Notes: generated from the sequence alone by a model not told the origin. A stretch of DNA of 64,000 nt from Sphingomicrobium sp. (GCA_035700945.1 DASSOE010000111.1:16603-80602), one strand, 5' to 3'. Numbered from the stretch's first letter, positions 1 through 9,065 are shown. Made by a program: numbers and translations.

Positions 1-50
1 CGATCGTCGGCGGCGGCATCGGCTATTTCACCGCCGAGCGGCGGAGATGA
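1..50 (+). CDS. 3' end of an upstream ORF (partial), hydrophobic C-terminus
   Basis: Frame from nt 3 reads IVGGGIGYFTAERRR then TGA at 48-50; converges on rppH. Confidence 0.4.
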   Translation, partial: IVGGGIGYFTAERRR

Positions 51-60
51 GTTCCGGCGT

Positions 61-534
61 TCAAAGATAGTCCGAAAATTCGTCAAGCAAGCGTCGGTAG
101 AGGTCGCGCTTGAATGGCACGATGAGTTCGGGGAGCCGCGCCGGTTCCACCCATTTCCACGCGCGGAACTCGGGGTGCCCGGTCGCGATGTTCACGTCCT
201 CGTCACGGCCAAGAAATCGGGCGAGGAACCAGTCCTGCTCCTGCCCGAGCCAATTTCCGCCCCACAGTCGCGGTCGCCATTCCTCGGGCAGCTCGTAACG
301 CAGCCGCTCCGGGCAGCAGGTGATCCGCTCCACAAGACTGGACGCGATGCCGGTCTCTTCCTCGAGCTCGCGCAGCGCGGTCGCCCACGGCTCCTCGCCC
401 GTGTCGATCCCGCCCTGCGGCATTTGCCACGCGTCCTCGGGATTATCGATCCGCGCCCCGACGAACACCTTGCCCTCGGCGTTGAGCAGCATCACGCCGA
501 CGCCGCGGCGATAAAGATGGTCGTCCGTGTTCAC
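61..534 (-). CDS. rppH: RNA pyrophosphohydrolase (Nudix)
   Basis: YRRGVGVML, WQMPQGGID, Nudix box ALRELEEETG, C-terminal VPFKRDLY; GTG start overlaps upstream stop. Confidence 0.93.
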   Translation of the reverse strand: MNTDDHLYRRGVGVMLLNAEGKVFVGARIDNPEDAWQMPQGGIDTGEEPWATALRELEEETGIASSLVERITCCPERLRYELPEEWRPRLWGGNWLGQEQDWFLARFLGRDEDVNIATGHPEFRAWKWVEPARLPELIVPFKRDLYRRLLDEFSDYL

Positions 535-1301
535 GATGCGATTGATAATTGGCGCTGCAACGCGCGCATCGGCAGAGCAAGAGTTTCTGCATTGGAGAGG
601 AATGTCGCGATCTCCGCCAGGTGCCAGCGAAGCTCGCCGGCGAGCTGCGGCTGCGCCCGCAATGCAGCGGCGGTCGCGGCGGCCTTGACGGGATCGAGCT
701 TCAGCGCACAGCTTCGTGGCAGGACGGGAAGATAGATGCCGTAATTGCTTTTCATGTTGTGGTCGCCGCAGGCCCGACGGATTTCATCCTGAATCTCGAT
801 CGGAATGATGTGCCTCACCTGTTCGCGGTAGGGCGTCGCAACGGCATTGAATTCGACCGGGCCATAGTCTGAGGTCAGCACTACCTCCAGATTTCGCCGC
901 ACATTCGGGTCTTGGATATTGCGCAGTTGCTCGCCGCCGAACGTCAGCGACCAGCTATCCGGATTGATGCCGATTCCATTGATCTGGCTCGACTGATAGA
1001 CGGCGATGACGAACTCGCTATCGGTCATTCGGCCGCCGTTCCAGCCGGCGGCCGCCTGGTCGGCGTAGCGACGGGTCGTGCGATAATAATCCTCGATGTT
1101 CGCGAAGAATTGCAGCTCCGCCTGAAGCTCGGGGACGAGTTGCAGGAGCATGCGCCGCGTCGATTGCTTCTCCAGCCGCGCCTGGTTCCAGTTGGCGACC
1201 TGCGTTCCGATGAACACGCCGAGAACGACGATGACGAATTCGATCGCGATGGCCGTCCAGTTCTGGGCACGCAGGTTCGCGGTTAGACGGCGCAGGATCA
1301 T
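531..1301 (-). CDS. hypothetical membrane-anchored protein (N-terminal TM, DUF6090-like)
   Basis: ATG at 1301 with GGGGG RBS; single TM WTAIAIEFVIVVLGVFIG; lower-GC codon usage than neighbours by eye. Confidence 0.6.
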   Translation of the reverse strand: MILRRLTANLRAQNWTAIAIEFVIVVLGVFIGTQVANWNQARLEKQSTRRMLLQLVPELQAELQFFANIEDYYRTTRRYADQAAAGWNGGRMTDSEFVIAVYQSSQINGIGINPDSWSLTFGGEQLRNIQDPNVRRNLEVVLTSDYGPVEFNAVATPYREQVRHIIPIEIQDEIRRACGDHNMKSNYGIYLPVLPRSCALKLDPVKAAATAAALRAQPQLAGELRWHLAEIATFLSNAETLALPMRALQRQLSIAS

Positions 1302-1413
1302 AGACGTTCCCCCTGCCGGCATATTGCTCCGTCGATCTGGCGATGGGAAGCGGTCGCGCGATGCAGTGACGAAGACGGTAGCGCAACACAACGCACCCGC
1401 TTAGATTGCGGCC

Positions 1414-3315
1414 ATGGCCACTGCCTCGCACCGCGTCACCGAAAACGAAGCCACCGCCCATCCGCCGATCGAAGCGGTCGTCGTCCGCTTTGCCGGCGAT
1501 AGCGGCGATGGCATGCAACTGACGGGCGGGCAGTTCACGCTTTCCACGGCGCTCGCCGGCAACGACCTGGCGACCTTCCCCGACTTTCCGGCCGAGATCC
1601 GCGCGCCGCAGGGCACGACCTTCGGGGTCTCCGCGTTCCAGATCAACTTCGGCTCGGCGGCGATCGATACCGCGGGCGACCAGCCCGACGTGCTGATCGC
1701 GATGAACCCCGCGGCGCTCAAGGTGAACGCCGAGGCGCTGCGCGACGGCGGCCTCATTATTGCCGACGAGGGCGAGTTCACCGCAAGGAACCTGTCGAAG
1801 GCGGGTTACGACGCCAGCCCGTTCGAGGACGGCAGCCTCAACAGGTGGCAGGTCGTCCACTTCAACATTTCGCAGCTGACGCTCGATGCCGTGAAGCCGT
1901 TCGGCCTCGGCAACAAGGAGGCGCTCCGCTGCAAGAACATGTGGACGCTGGGTCTGGCGCTGTGGATGTTCGATCGCGACCGCCAGCCGATCGTGGATTG
2001 GCTCGCGAAGAAATTCGCCAAGGCGCCCGAGCTCGCCGAAGCCAATATCGCCGCGCTCAACGCGGGCCACGCCTACGGCGAGACGGCCGAGATGGGCGCG
2101 CCGTTCAAGCAGCACCACATCGCCGCCGCGCCGGCGGAGCCCGGCCTCTACCGCACCGTCACCGGCGCCGAGGCGCTGGCGCTCGGGCTCGTCGCGGGTT
2201 GCCAGCTGGCCGGCCTCAACATGTTCTTCGGTTCCTACCCGATCACCCCGGCAAGCCCGCTGCTCCACCATCTGGCGCGGCTCAAGGAATTCGGGATCAC
2301 GACCTTCCAGGCGGAGGATGAGATCGCCGCGGTTTGCGCCGCGATCGGCGCGAGCTACGCCGGCCAGCTCGGGATTACCTCCTCGTCGGGACCGGGCATT
2401 GCGCTCAAGATGGAGGCAGTCGGCCTGGCGGTGATGACCGAGCTCCCGCTGGTCGTCGTCAATTCGCAGCGCGGCGGCCCGTCGACCGGCCTTCCGACGA
2501 AGACCGAGCAATCCGACCTCTATCAGGCCGTCTATGGCCGCAACGGCGATGCGCAGGTGCCGGTGATCGCCGCCCGGTCGCCGTCCGACGCGTTCGACTG
2601 CGCGATCGAGGCGTGCCGAATCGCCACCCGCTACATGACTCCCGTGATCCTGCTGACCGACGGCTACATCGCCAACGCGGCCGAGCCGTGGCGCGTGCCC
2701 GACATGAACAACTACCAACCGTTCCCGGTCAGCTTCTTCGAGACGCCGCCGGCGGAAGGCGAGGGTGTCATGCCCTATGCTCGGAACGACGACCTGGCTA
2801 GGCCGTGGATCAGGCCCGGCACGCCCGGGCTCGAGCACCGCATCGGCGGCATCGAGAAGGCGCCGGGCACCGGCAACATCGATTATTCGCCCGCGGTCCA
2901 CCAGGAGATGACGAATACGCGCATCGGCAAGGTGCTGGGCGTCGCCAACTCCATTCCCGACCAGGAAATCTGCCTCGGCCGCGAAGGCGCCGAGCTCGCG
3001 GTCGTCGGCTGGGGGTCGACCTTCGGCCCGATCCACCAAGCGGTGCGCCGCGCGCTCGCCAAGGGACAGGACGTCGCCCACGTCCACGTGCGGCACATCT
3101 GGCCGATGCCGAAAAATATGGCTGTCCTACTGAAGGGCTTCAAACATATCCTCGTGCCCGAGATGAACATGGGCCAGTTCAAGACCGTGCTGCGCGACCA
3201 GTTCCTGGTCGACGCCAAGTCGCTCACCAAGGTCAGCGGCCACCCGTTCCGCATCGCCGAAATCGAAGCCGCGATCGACGCCGCTCTGGCGTCGGACTCG
3301 CGCGCGCGCGCGTAG
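1414..3315 (+). CDS. korA: 2-oxoacid:ferredoxin oxidoreductase alpha subunit (fused gamma-alpha)
   Basis: RFAGDSGDGMQLTG, YPITPAS, QAEDEIAA, QRGGPSTGLPTKTEQSDL motifs. Confidence 0.93.
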   Translation: MATASHRVTENEATAHPPIEAVVVRFAGDSGDGMQLTGGQFTLSTALAGNDLATFPDFPAEIRAPQGTTFGVSAFQINFGSAAIDTAGDQPDVLIAMNPAALKVNAEALRDGGLIIADEGEFTARNLSKAGYDASPFEDGSLNRWQVVHFNISQLTLDAVKPFGLGNKEALRCKNMWTLGLALWMFDRDRQPIVDWLAKKFAKAPELAEANIAALNAGHAYGETAEMGAPFKQHHIAAAPAEPGLYRTVTGAEALALGLVAGCQLAGLNMFFGSYPITPASPLLHHLARLKEFGITTFQAEDEIAAVCAAIGASYAGQLGITSSSGPGIALKMEAVGLAVMTELPLVVVNSQRGGPSTGLPTKTEQSDLYQAVYGRNGDAQVPVIAARSPSDAFDCAIEACRIATRYMTPVILLTDGYIANAAEPWRVPDMNNYQPFPVSFFETPPAEGEGVMPYARNDDLARPWIRPGTPGLEHRIGGIEKAPGTGNIDYSPAVHQEMTNTRIGKVLGVANSIPDQEICLGREGAELAVVGWGSTFGPIHQAVRRALAKGQDVAHVHVRHIWPMPKNMAVLLKGFKHILVPEMNMGQFKTVLRDQFLVDAKSLTKVSGHPFRIAEIEAAIDAALASDSRARA

Positions 3316-3347
3316 GAGTGCTGCGTTTGCTGCGTTTCGCGCCACAT

Positions 3348-3431
3348 CGTCATCCCGGCCTTGAACCGGGATCCGCCTTTTCTTCAGCGGCGACGAAGAC
3401 ACGCAGGCCCCGGGTCCAGTCCGGGGTGACG
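3348..3431. repeat. REP/BIME-like palindromic element, type CGTCAYCCCGG...CCGGGRTGACG
   Basis: Two inverted hairpins with terminal IR CGTCATCCCGG / CCGGGGTGACG; second copy at 56822-56904. Confidence 0.8.
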
Positions 3432-3439
3432 GTGGCGCC

Positions 3440-3520
3440 ATGAAGCCCCTCAACGTCTTCCCGCTGGCGATCATGCTCATCGTCGTCATTCTGCTTGTGA
3501 TTTACCTGAGGCCGCACTGA
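3440..3520 (+). CDS. putative 26-aa single-TM small protein MKPLNVFPLAIMLIVVILLVIYLRPH
   Basis: Own translation; TGA 3518-3520 overlaps the korB ATG (TGATG); strongly hydrophobic; below ORF-track cutoff. Confidence 0.5.
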   Translation: MKPLNVFPLAIMLIVVILLVIYLRPH

Positions 3521-4539
3521 TGAACGACAGCACCCCGATCGCTACCACCACCGCCAAGGACTGGGCATCGGACCAGGAGGTCCGCTGGTGTCCGGGCTGC
3601 GGCGATTACGCGGTGCTCAAGGCCGTGCAGCGGACGATGCCGGATCTCGGCGTCGCGCGCGAAAAGACGGTGTTCATCAGCGGCATCGGCTGCTCGAGCC
3701 GCTTCCCTTATTACATGGCGAGCTACGGCTTCCACACCATCCACGGCCGCGCCGCGGCGATCGCCACCGGCGTCAAGCTCGCCAATCCCGGGCTCGACGT
3801 GTGGATCATCACCGGCGATGGCGACGCGCTGTCGATCGGCGGCAACCACACGATGCACGTGCTGCGCCGCAACCTCGACTGCCAGATCCTGCTGTTCAAC
3901 AACGAAATCTACGGCCTGACCAAAGGCCAATATTCTCCAACCAGCCGCGTCGGCACGCGCTCGCCGTCGACGCCCTTCGGTTCGGTCGACCGCCCGGTTA
4001 CCCCTTGCGCCTTCGCGCTCGGCTCGGGCGCGCGCTTCATCGCGCGGGGCATCGACGTCCACAAGAATCTTCCCGACGTGCTCAAGGCGGCGCACGCGCA
4101 CCGCGGCGCCAGCTTCGTCGAGATTTTCCAGAATTGCATCGTCTACAACGACGACGTCTTCGCGAGCTTCACCGAGAAGCAGGCCGCGGCGGAGAAGCAG
4201 CTTTGGCTGCAGCCGGGGGAAAAAATGCTGTTCGCCGGCGGCACCAAGGGCATCGCCCTCGACCGCGAGCGGCTCGCGCTGAAGGTCGTCGCAGGCGACG
4301 ATCCCGAGGTGCTGATCCACGACCCGGCCAACCGCTCGCTTGCCGCGATGCTGATCCTGATGCCCGTCGACGGCTATCCGATCGCGCTCGGCGTCATCTA
4401 CGAGAACCCCGCGCCGACCTACGAAAGCGTCGTGGTCGAGCAGAACAAGGCCGCCGCATCGGGCAAGACTCCCGACCTCCAGGCGCTCGTCGCCAAGGGC
4501 CAGACCTGGCAGGTCGAAAAGGAGCCGCACCGGGTTTGA
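3520..4539 (+). CDS. korB: 2-oxoacid:ferredoxin oxidoreductase beta subunit (TPP-binding)
   Basis: WCPGCGD, SGIGCSSR, HTIHGRA, GDGDALSIGGNH, NNEIYGLTKGQYSPTS. Confidence 0.93.
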   Translation: MNDSTPIATTTAKDWASDQEVRWCPGCGDYAVLKAVQRTMPDLGVAREKTVFISGIGCSSRFPYYMASYGFHTIHGRAAAIATGVKLANPGLDVWIITGDGDALSIGGNHTMHVLRRNLDCQILLFNNEIYGLTKGQYSPTSRVGTRSPSTPFGSVDRPVTPCAFALGSGARFIARGIDVHKNLPDVLKAAHAHRGASFVEIFQNCIVYNDDVFASFTEKQAAAEKQLWLQPGEKMLFAGGTKGIALDRERLALKVVAGDDPEVLIHDPANRSLAAMLILMPVDGYPIALGVIYENPAPTYESVVVEQNKAAASGKTPDLQALVAKGQTWQVEKEPHRV

Positions 4540-4547
4540 TGCGGTTT

Positions 4548-4623
4548 CGTCATTGCGAGGAGCGAATAGCGACGAGGCATTCCAGTCGCGTCAATGGATT
4601 GCGTCGCTTCGCTCGCAATGACG
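4548..4623. repeat. REP/RPE-like palindromic element, type CGTCATTGCGAG...CTCGCAATGACG
   Basis: 12-bp perfect terminal inverted repeat with internal hairpin; resembles the common alphaproteobacterial GTCATTGCGAG repeat class. Confidence 0.8.
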
Positions 4624-4633
4624 GGGGCCCCCG

Positions 4634-5572
4634 ATAGACAACCTCACCCACAGCCTCGTCGCAGCGGTGATGGGGCGCATGGGCCTCAAGCGCGTCAGCC
4701 CGCGCGCGATGCCGGCGATGATCCTCGCGGCCAACCTTCCCGACATCGACAGCTTCGTCGCAGGGGCCGCCGGCTGCGAGCCGATCGCCGCCCATCGCGG
4801 TTTCACCCATGGGCTGCTCGGATCGCCCTTGATGGCATTGTTGGCTGTTGCAATCGTTTGGCTATGGGAAAGGTTTCGTCCAGGCAAGGAAGGGCCGCTG
4901 AAGCTCGGCGGGTTGTTCCTCGCCTGCTATCTCGCTGCGCTCAGCCATCCTTTGCTCGACCTGATGAACACCTATGGCACGCGTGTGCTCGAGCCATTCT
5001 CGCACCGCTGGTTCTACGCCGACACGCTGTTCATCATGGACCCGTGGATCTGGATCGCGCTGATCCTCGGGCTGGAGATGTCATGGCGCGCCGAGCGGCT
5101 CGGGCGCGACTGGCAGCGCCCGGCTGCCTGGGCGTTCACCGCCATGCTGCTGTACATCGGCCTCAACGCCGCGATCTCGGCACGGGCGGTGGCGCTGACG
5201 CGTCCGCTCGTCGAGCGCATCGCGCCGGCGCGCATGGTCGTCGCGGGTGAGGTCCCGCTCGCCTTCTGGAAGCGAAGGATGATCTGGCGCGGCGACGACG
5301 TCGGGGGCACCGGCACCTACAATCCGCTCGCCGGGCTCAACCATGCCTCGTTCGACCCCTGGATCGTCCCGCTGCGCCTTGGCGACCCGCGGCTCGCCGC
5401 CGCGGCGAAGCGTGACGCCCATGTCCGCGCCTTCCTCTACTGGTCGCGCATGCCGATGGTCCATGTCCAGGGCCGGCGTGCCTGGCTGACCGATCAGCGC
5501 TTCTTCGATCCCGACCGCGAGGGCGGCGGCAATTTCTTCATCCGCCTCGACAATCCGGGACCGAGTTCATAA
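4634..5572 (+). CDS. metal-dependent inner-membrane hydrolase (YdjM-like); likely ATA start
   Basis: In-frame (I)DNLTHSL from ATA 4634, DIDS, HRGFTHG, SHPLLDLMNTYG; in-frame TGA at 4619-4621 excludes an upstream ATG. Confidence 0.8.
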   Translation: MDNLTHSLVAAVMGRMGLKRVSPRAMPAMILAANLPDIDSFVAGAAGCEPIAAHRGFTHGLLGSPLMALLAVAIVWLWERFRPGKEGPLKLGGLFLACYLAALSHPLLDLMNTYGTRVLEPFSHRWFYADTLFIMDPWIWIALILGLEMSWRAERLGRDWQRPAAWAFTAMLLYIGLNAAISARAVALTRPLVERIAPARMVVAGEVPLAFWKRRMIWRGDDVGGTGTYNPLAGLNHASFDPWIVPLRLGDPRLAAAAKRDAHVRAFLYWSRMPMVHVQGRRAWLTDQRFFDPDREGGGNFFIRLDNPGPSS

Positions 5573-5582
5573 CTCGCCCGTC

Positions 5583-6830
5583 ATGAGCACGCGCGGCGAG
5601 CATCTGGTGCGCGCGGACCGGCGGTTCGCCACCGGCGGCGGCCTGGTTGCGCGCCTCAGCGCGCCGGCGATCACGCGCGTGCTCGACCAGATCGACCGGC
5701 GACTTGAATGCGGCGGGCTCGAGACGATGCTCCCGGACGGGTCGAAGCGTCGCCTCGGCTTCCGCGCCAGGGGAGCCCATGCGGTCGTCCACATCTCGAG
5801 GTGGATGGCGCTCGTGCGGCTCGCGACCTCCGGCTCGGTCGGCTGGTACAAGGCGTGGGCACTCGGTGAGTGGTCGAGCCCAGATCCGGTCGCGCTGTTC
5901 GAAATCTTCTCTGCGAATGCAGCGCCGCTTGGCGACATCGGCCGTGCGAAAGGGGCGTTCCGCTGGGTCAACGCGCTCGCGCACCGGATGCGCGACAACG
6001 CCCCGCGCAAGGCGCGGCAGAACATCGCCGCCCATTACGACCTCGGCAATGACTTCTATTCCGCCTGGCTCGATGCGACCATGACCTACAGCTCGGCGCG
6101 CTTTGCGAGCCCCGACGACGGGCTGGAAGCCGCACAGCTGCGCAAGATCCACACGCTCCTCGACCGCGTCGATCTCAGGCCTGGCCACCGGCTGCTGGAC
6201 ATCGGCTGCGGCTGGGGGACGCTGGCGATCGAGGCTGCCAGGCGCGGCGCGTCGGTGGTCGGCCTCACGCTTTCCGCGGAGCAAAAGGCATGGGCGGAGC
6301 GCAAGATCGGCGAAGCGGGCCTGAGCGGCCAAATCGAAATCCGCCTCCAGGATTATCGCGACACCGCCGAGCAGTTCGACGCGGTCGCATCGGTCGAAAT
6401 GGTCGAAGCCGTCGGACAGCGCTGGTGGGGTGCCTATCTCGACAGTATCGCGCGCAATCTCAAAAGCGGCGGCCGCGCCGCGCTGCAGTTCATCAGCATC
6501 CGCCATCACATGTTCGAGGGCTACGCCCGCAACGCCGATTTCATCCAGACCTACATCTTCCCCGGTGGCTGCCTGCTCGACGAACCGCAGTTCGCCGGGC
6601 TGGCGAGCGAGCGGGGTCTGTCCTGGGAGGATCGCGACGGGTTCGGCCGCGATTATGCCGAGACGCTGAAGCTCTGGCGCGAGCGCTACAATCAGGCGGT
6701 TGCGCGCGGCGCGCTGAAAGGCTTCGCTGAGCCCTTCCACGACCTGTGGCGCTATTATCTCATGTATTGCGAAGGCGGCTTTCGCGGGGGCGCGATCGAC
6801 GTCGCCCAGGTGACGATGATCAGGAGCTAG
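5583..6830 (+). CDS. cfa: cyclopropane-fatty-acyl-phospholipid synthase family methyltransferase
   Basis: HYDLGNDFY, MTYSSA, LDIGCGWG, SVEMVEAVG, YIFPGG, WRYYLMYCEGGF. Confidence 0.85.
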   Translation: MSTRGEHLVRADRRFATGGGLVARLSAPAITRVLDQIDRRLECGGLETMLPDGSKRRLGFRARGAHAVVHISRWMALVRLATSGSVGWYKAWALGEWSSPDPVALFEIFSANAAPLGDIGRAKGAFRWVNALAHRMRDNAPRKARQNIAAHYDLGNDFYSAWLDATMTYSSARFASPDDGLEAAQLRKIHTLLDRVDLRPGHRLLDIGCGWGTLAIEAARRGASVVGLTLSAEQKAWAERKIGEAGLSGQIEIRLQDYRDTAEQFDAVASVEMVEAVGQRWWGAYLDSIARNLKSGGRAALQFISIRHHMFEGYARNADFIQTYIFPGGCLLDEPQFAGLASERGLSWEDRDGFGRDYAETLKLWRERYNQAVARGALKGFAEPFHDLWRYYLMYCEGGFRGGAIDVAQVTMIRS

Positions 6831-7530
6831 CGTCGCGCCCGGGCTCGACGTACGACCGCATCACCTGCTCGGTCAGGCGCGCGCAGTCGGCGCCTGCGAA
6901 CGGGAAGGTGCCGGTCAGCGCCGAGCGCACTTCGGGCGCGAGCGCCTGCTGCAGCTTCTTTCGGGCACGCATCAGCCGTGTCTTCACCGTGCCGGTGGGG
7001 ATATCGAGTGTGTATGCCGTATCCTCGACCGACACGCCCTCGATCTCGTGGAGCACGAACACCGTCCTGAAGCTTTCCGGCAAAGCGCCGATTGCCCGCT
7101 CGAGGATCGACCGCAGTTGCTCGCGCGCCGCTTCCGCTTCCGGGCTCGGCGCCTGCGATCCCTTGGCCAACTGCTCACGGTAGGTTTCAAGCATCTGTAC
7201 TCCTTCCGCTTCGAGATGCTTGCGCCGCCGCTCCCGGACGCGCCGCCGCGCCAGCGCTTCGTTGATCGTGATGCGAGTCAGCCAGGTGGTGAGCGTCGAC
7301 CGCGCTTCGAAGGAGCCGATCGCGCGCAGCGCGCTGGCATAAGCGGATTGCAGCACGTCCTCCGCTTCCTGCCGGTTCTTGAGGATGCTCCACGCCGTGC
7401 GAAACAGGCGCTGGTTGTTGGCGGTGACCAGGTGCCGCACGGCTTCGCCATCCCCCGCGGCGCAGCAGCGCGCCAGATCGGCGTCGCTCATGCCAGCATA
7501 ATCGAGCGCAAGTGGCCGCTTCGTGCTCAT
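6820..7530 (-). CDS. ECF RNA polymerase sigma factor with short Cys-containing C-terminal extension (ECF29-like)
   Basis: AEDVLQ, TWLTRITINEAL, region 4 GTVKTRLMRAR, tail FPFAGADCARL; ATG 7530 overlaps cupredoxin stop (ATGA). Confidence 0.85.
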   Translation of the reverse strand: MSTKRPLALDYAGMSDADLARCCAAGDGEAVRHLVTANNQRLFRTAWSILKNRQEAEDVLQSAYASALRAIGSFEARSTLTTWLTRITINEALARRRVRERRRKHLEAEGVQMLETYREQLAKGSQAPSPEAEAAREQLRSILERAIGALPESFRTVFVLHEIEGVSVEDTAYTLDIPTGTVKTRLMRARKKLQQALAPEVRSALTGTFPFAGADCARLTEQVMRSYVEPGRDASS

Positions 7531-7856
7531 TTCGCGATCATACTCCCACGCATTCCTGGATGATACTTGCAGTAAAAGTCCGCCTTGCCGGCGGAGTTGA
7601 CCGTCAGACTGCCCTTCGCGCCCGGCATCAAGTCCAGATTGAAGCGGTTCTTCGTCTCGGTGACCGTGTGCCGGAACATGTCCCTGTTGAGGAACACCAC
7701 GGTGTCGCCGACCTTCAGCGGCGGCACCGGTGCATATTTCATCTTGTCGATCACCACTACGTGCGTAGCGGCTGCTGCCGGCATCGGGGGGGCAACCGGC
7801 AGCAGCGCGCCGACGACCACGGCGCACAGGGGTAGACGCCGCGGGAACAACCTCAT
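7527..7856 (-). CDS. secreted cupredoxin (plastocyanin/azurin family)
   Basis: Signal peptide; type-1 Cu ligands H in FRHTVT and C-x2-H-x2-M in CKYHPGM. Confidence 0.85.
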   Translation of the reverse strand: MRLFPRRLPLCAVVVGALLPVAPPMPAAAATHVVVIDKMKYAPVPPLKVGDTVVFLNRDMFRHTVTETKNRFNLDLMPGAKGSLTVNSAGKADFYCKYHPGMRGSMIAK

Positions 7857-8377
7857 TTCAGCTTCGCCGCAACCTGCTCGGCATGGGCCTGGTGCTCTTT
7901 GAAGAGCGTCAGCCCGGTTTCGAGCAGCGACTTGAGCTCGGCGTTGTGCGCCGACGGGATGAGCGTCGAGGCGAGGGCGCCGTTGACCGTCTTGTGGAAA
8001 GCGACTTCGTTCCTCATGTATTCGCGATCGAAGTCCGCGCCCTTGAGCTTGCTGAGCTTAGCGCTTTCCGCATCGGCCGCCTTGGTGAGGCTGGCGCTGG
8101 TCGCGTTCGCTTCCGGCGTAACCTTGAGTTTCTTGACGAGTGCGAGAGCCTTGGCGTTCACCGCCTGGTGGTCACGCACCATTTGCTGCGCGAACTCGCG
8201 GACCGTCGCGTTGTGCGACATCTTCAGCGCCTGCTTGCCCGCTTCAACGTCGATGGTCCCGGCGGTGTAGGCGATGTGGGCGATCTGCGGGTCGGTCGGC
8301 CCGGCGGCTGCCTGCGCCGGAGCAGAAATGGCGAGCGCGCCGGCGGCGGCCGCAATGAAGAGAGCAGCTCTTGTCAT
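7853..8377 (-). CDS. DUF4142 family secreted protein
   Basis: Signal peptide; FAQQMVRDH, FDREYMRNEVAFH and C-terminal EHQAHA helical pattern. Confidence 0.85.
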   Translation of the reverse strand: MTRAALFIAAAAGALAISAPAQAAAGPTDPQIAHIAYTAGTIDVEAGKQALKMSHNATVREFAQQMVRDHQAVNAKALALVKKLKVTPEANATSASLTKAADAESAKLSKLKGADFDREYMRNEVAFHKTVNGALASTLIPSAHNAELKSLLETGLTLFKEHQAHAEQVAAKLK

Positions 8378-8405
8378 GGAAAGTCTCCCGATGTTCTACG
8401 GAGAC

Positions 8406-8435
8406 TTTGATGACACCGTCGGGAGCAAGGTTCCC
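8406..8435 (-). promoter_or_regulatory. putative ECF-type promoter GGGAACC-N16-CATCAAA for the DUF4142-cupredoxin-sigma operon
   Basis: Minus strand GGGAACC (8435-8429), 16-nt spacer, CATCAAA (8412-8406), about 30 nt upstream of ATG 8377. Confidence 0.55.
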
Positions 8436-8475
8436 GAGATTGGTCGAATTAAAAGCGACGGCGCGGGGCGACAGT

Positions 8476-8997
8476 TTACGGGACGACCGGCTGCAACGCT
8501 CTTTGTGCCGCAGCGCGTTGCTCGTCGCTGAGCCAGTTGACCTGCAGAACCTTGAAGTCGCCGGTCGTGGTGGCGAGCGCGTTGTAGCCGCCCTCCAGGC
8601 TCAGCCACTCGATCGAGCGCGTGGTGCGCGGACGCACCACCCCAGTGACTCGAAGCTCCACCGCGTCGGCCGCCGGTCCGTAATCCATTTCGTCCGAAGC
8701 CAGGCCGCAGATCCGCGGATTGTTGTTCGGGCCGGGCTCGTAGGTCAGCAAGTAAAGGAAGGCGCGGCCGGGGCCGTTCAGCCGCCACACCTGCCCAGAC
8801 GCGGGTCTGCCGAGGCTCTGCTGCAGCGCGCCCGGAAGCGCGTCGAAGCTGATTTGGGCAGCCGAGCCTGGCGACAGCTTCGCCTCGCCGTCGAGGCACG
8901 CCGCTTCGAACACTTTTGGCAATTCGGCCGCCGCCAGGTTCGCCGCGGGAAGGCTTGCACCGGCGCTCATCAGGAGCGCAGCAATTGTACCGACCAT
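8476..8997 (-). CDS. hypothetical secreted protein with two Cys
   Basis: Signal peptide MVGTIAALLMSAGA, RBS GGGGGAG; no family recognised. Confidence 0.55.
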   Translation of the reverse strand: MVGTIAALLMSAGASLPAANLAAAELPKVFEAACLDGEAKLSPGSAAQISFDALPGALQQSLGRPASGQVWRLNGPGRAFLYLLTYEPGPNNNPRICGLASDEMDYGPAADAVELRVTGVVRPRTTRSIEWLSLEGGYNALATTTGDFKVLQVNWLSDEQRAAAQRALQPVVP

Positions 8998-9065
8998 CTC
9001 ACTCCCCCTTCAGAACGAGGGCGAATCGCGCCCGCCGCAAATATAGCATAGCTGGGGGAAGGGGT

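Noticed and set aside
1018-3096. 692-aa minus-strand ORF and other long shadow ORFs (e.g. 3502-4530, 10219-11304, 25261-26892, 34107-35555, 48045-49469, 59756-61651)
   Set aside because: Antisense or alternate-frame shadows of well-supported genes, expected in high-GC DNA; no recognisable motifs
3296-3345. (CG)n run at the korA end and TGCTGCGTT tandem duplication
   Set aside because: Short, and plausible by chance in high-GC DNA; no evidence of phase variation
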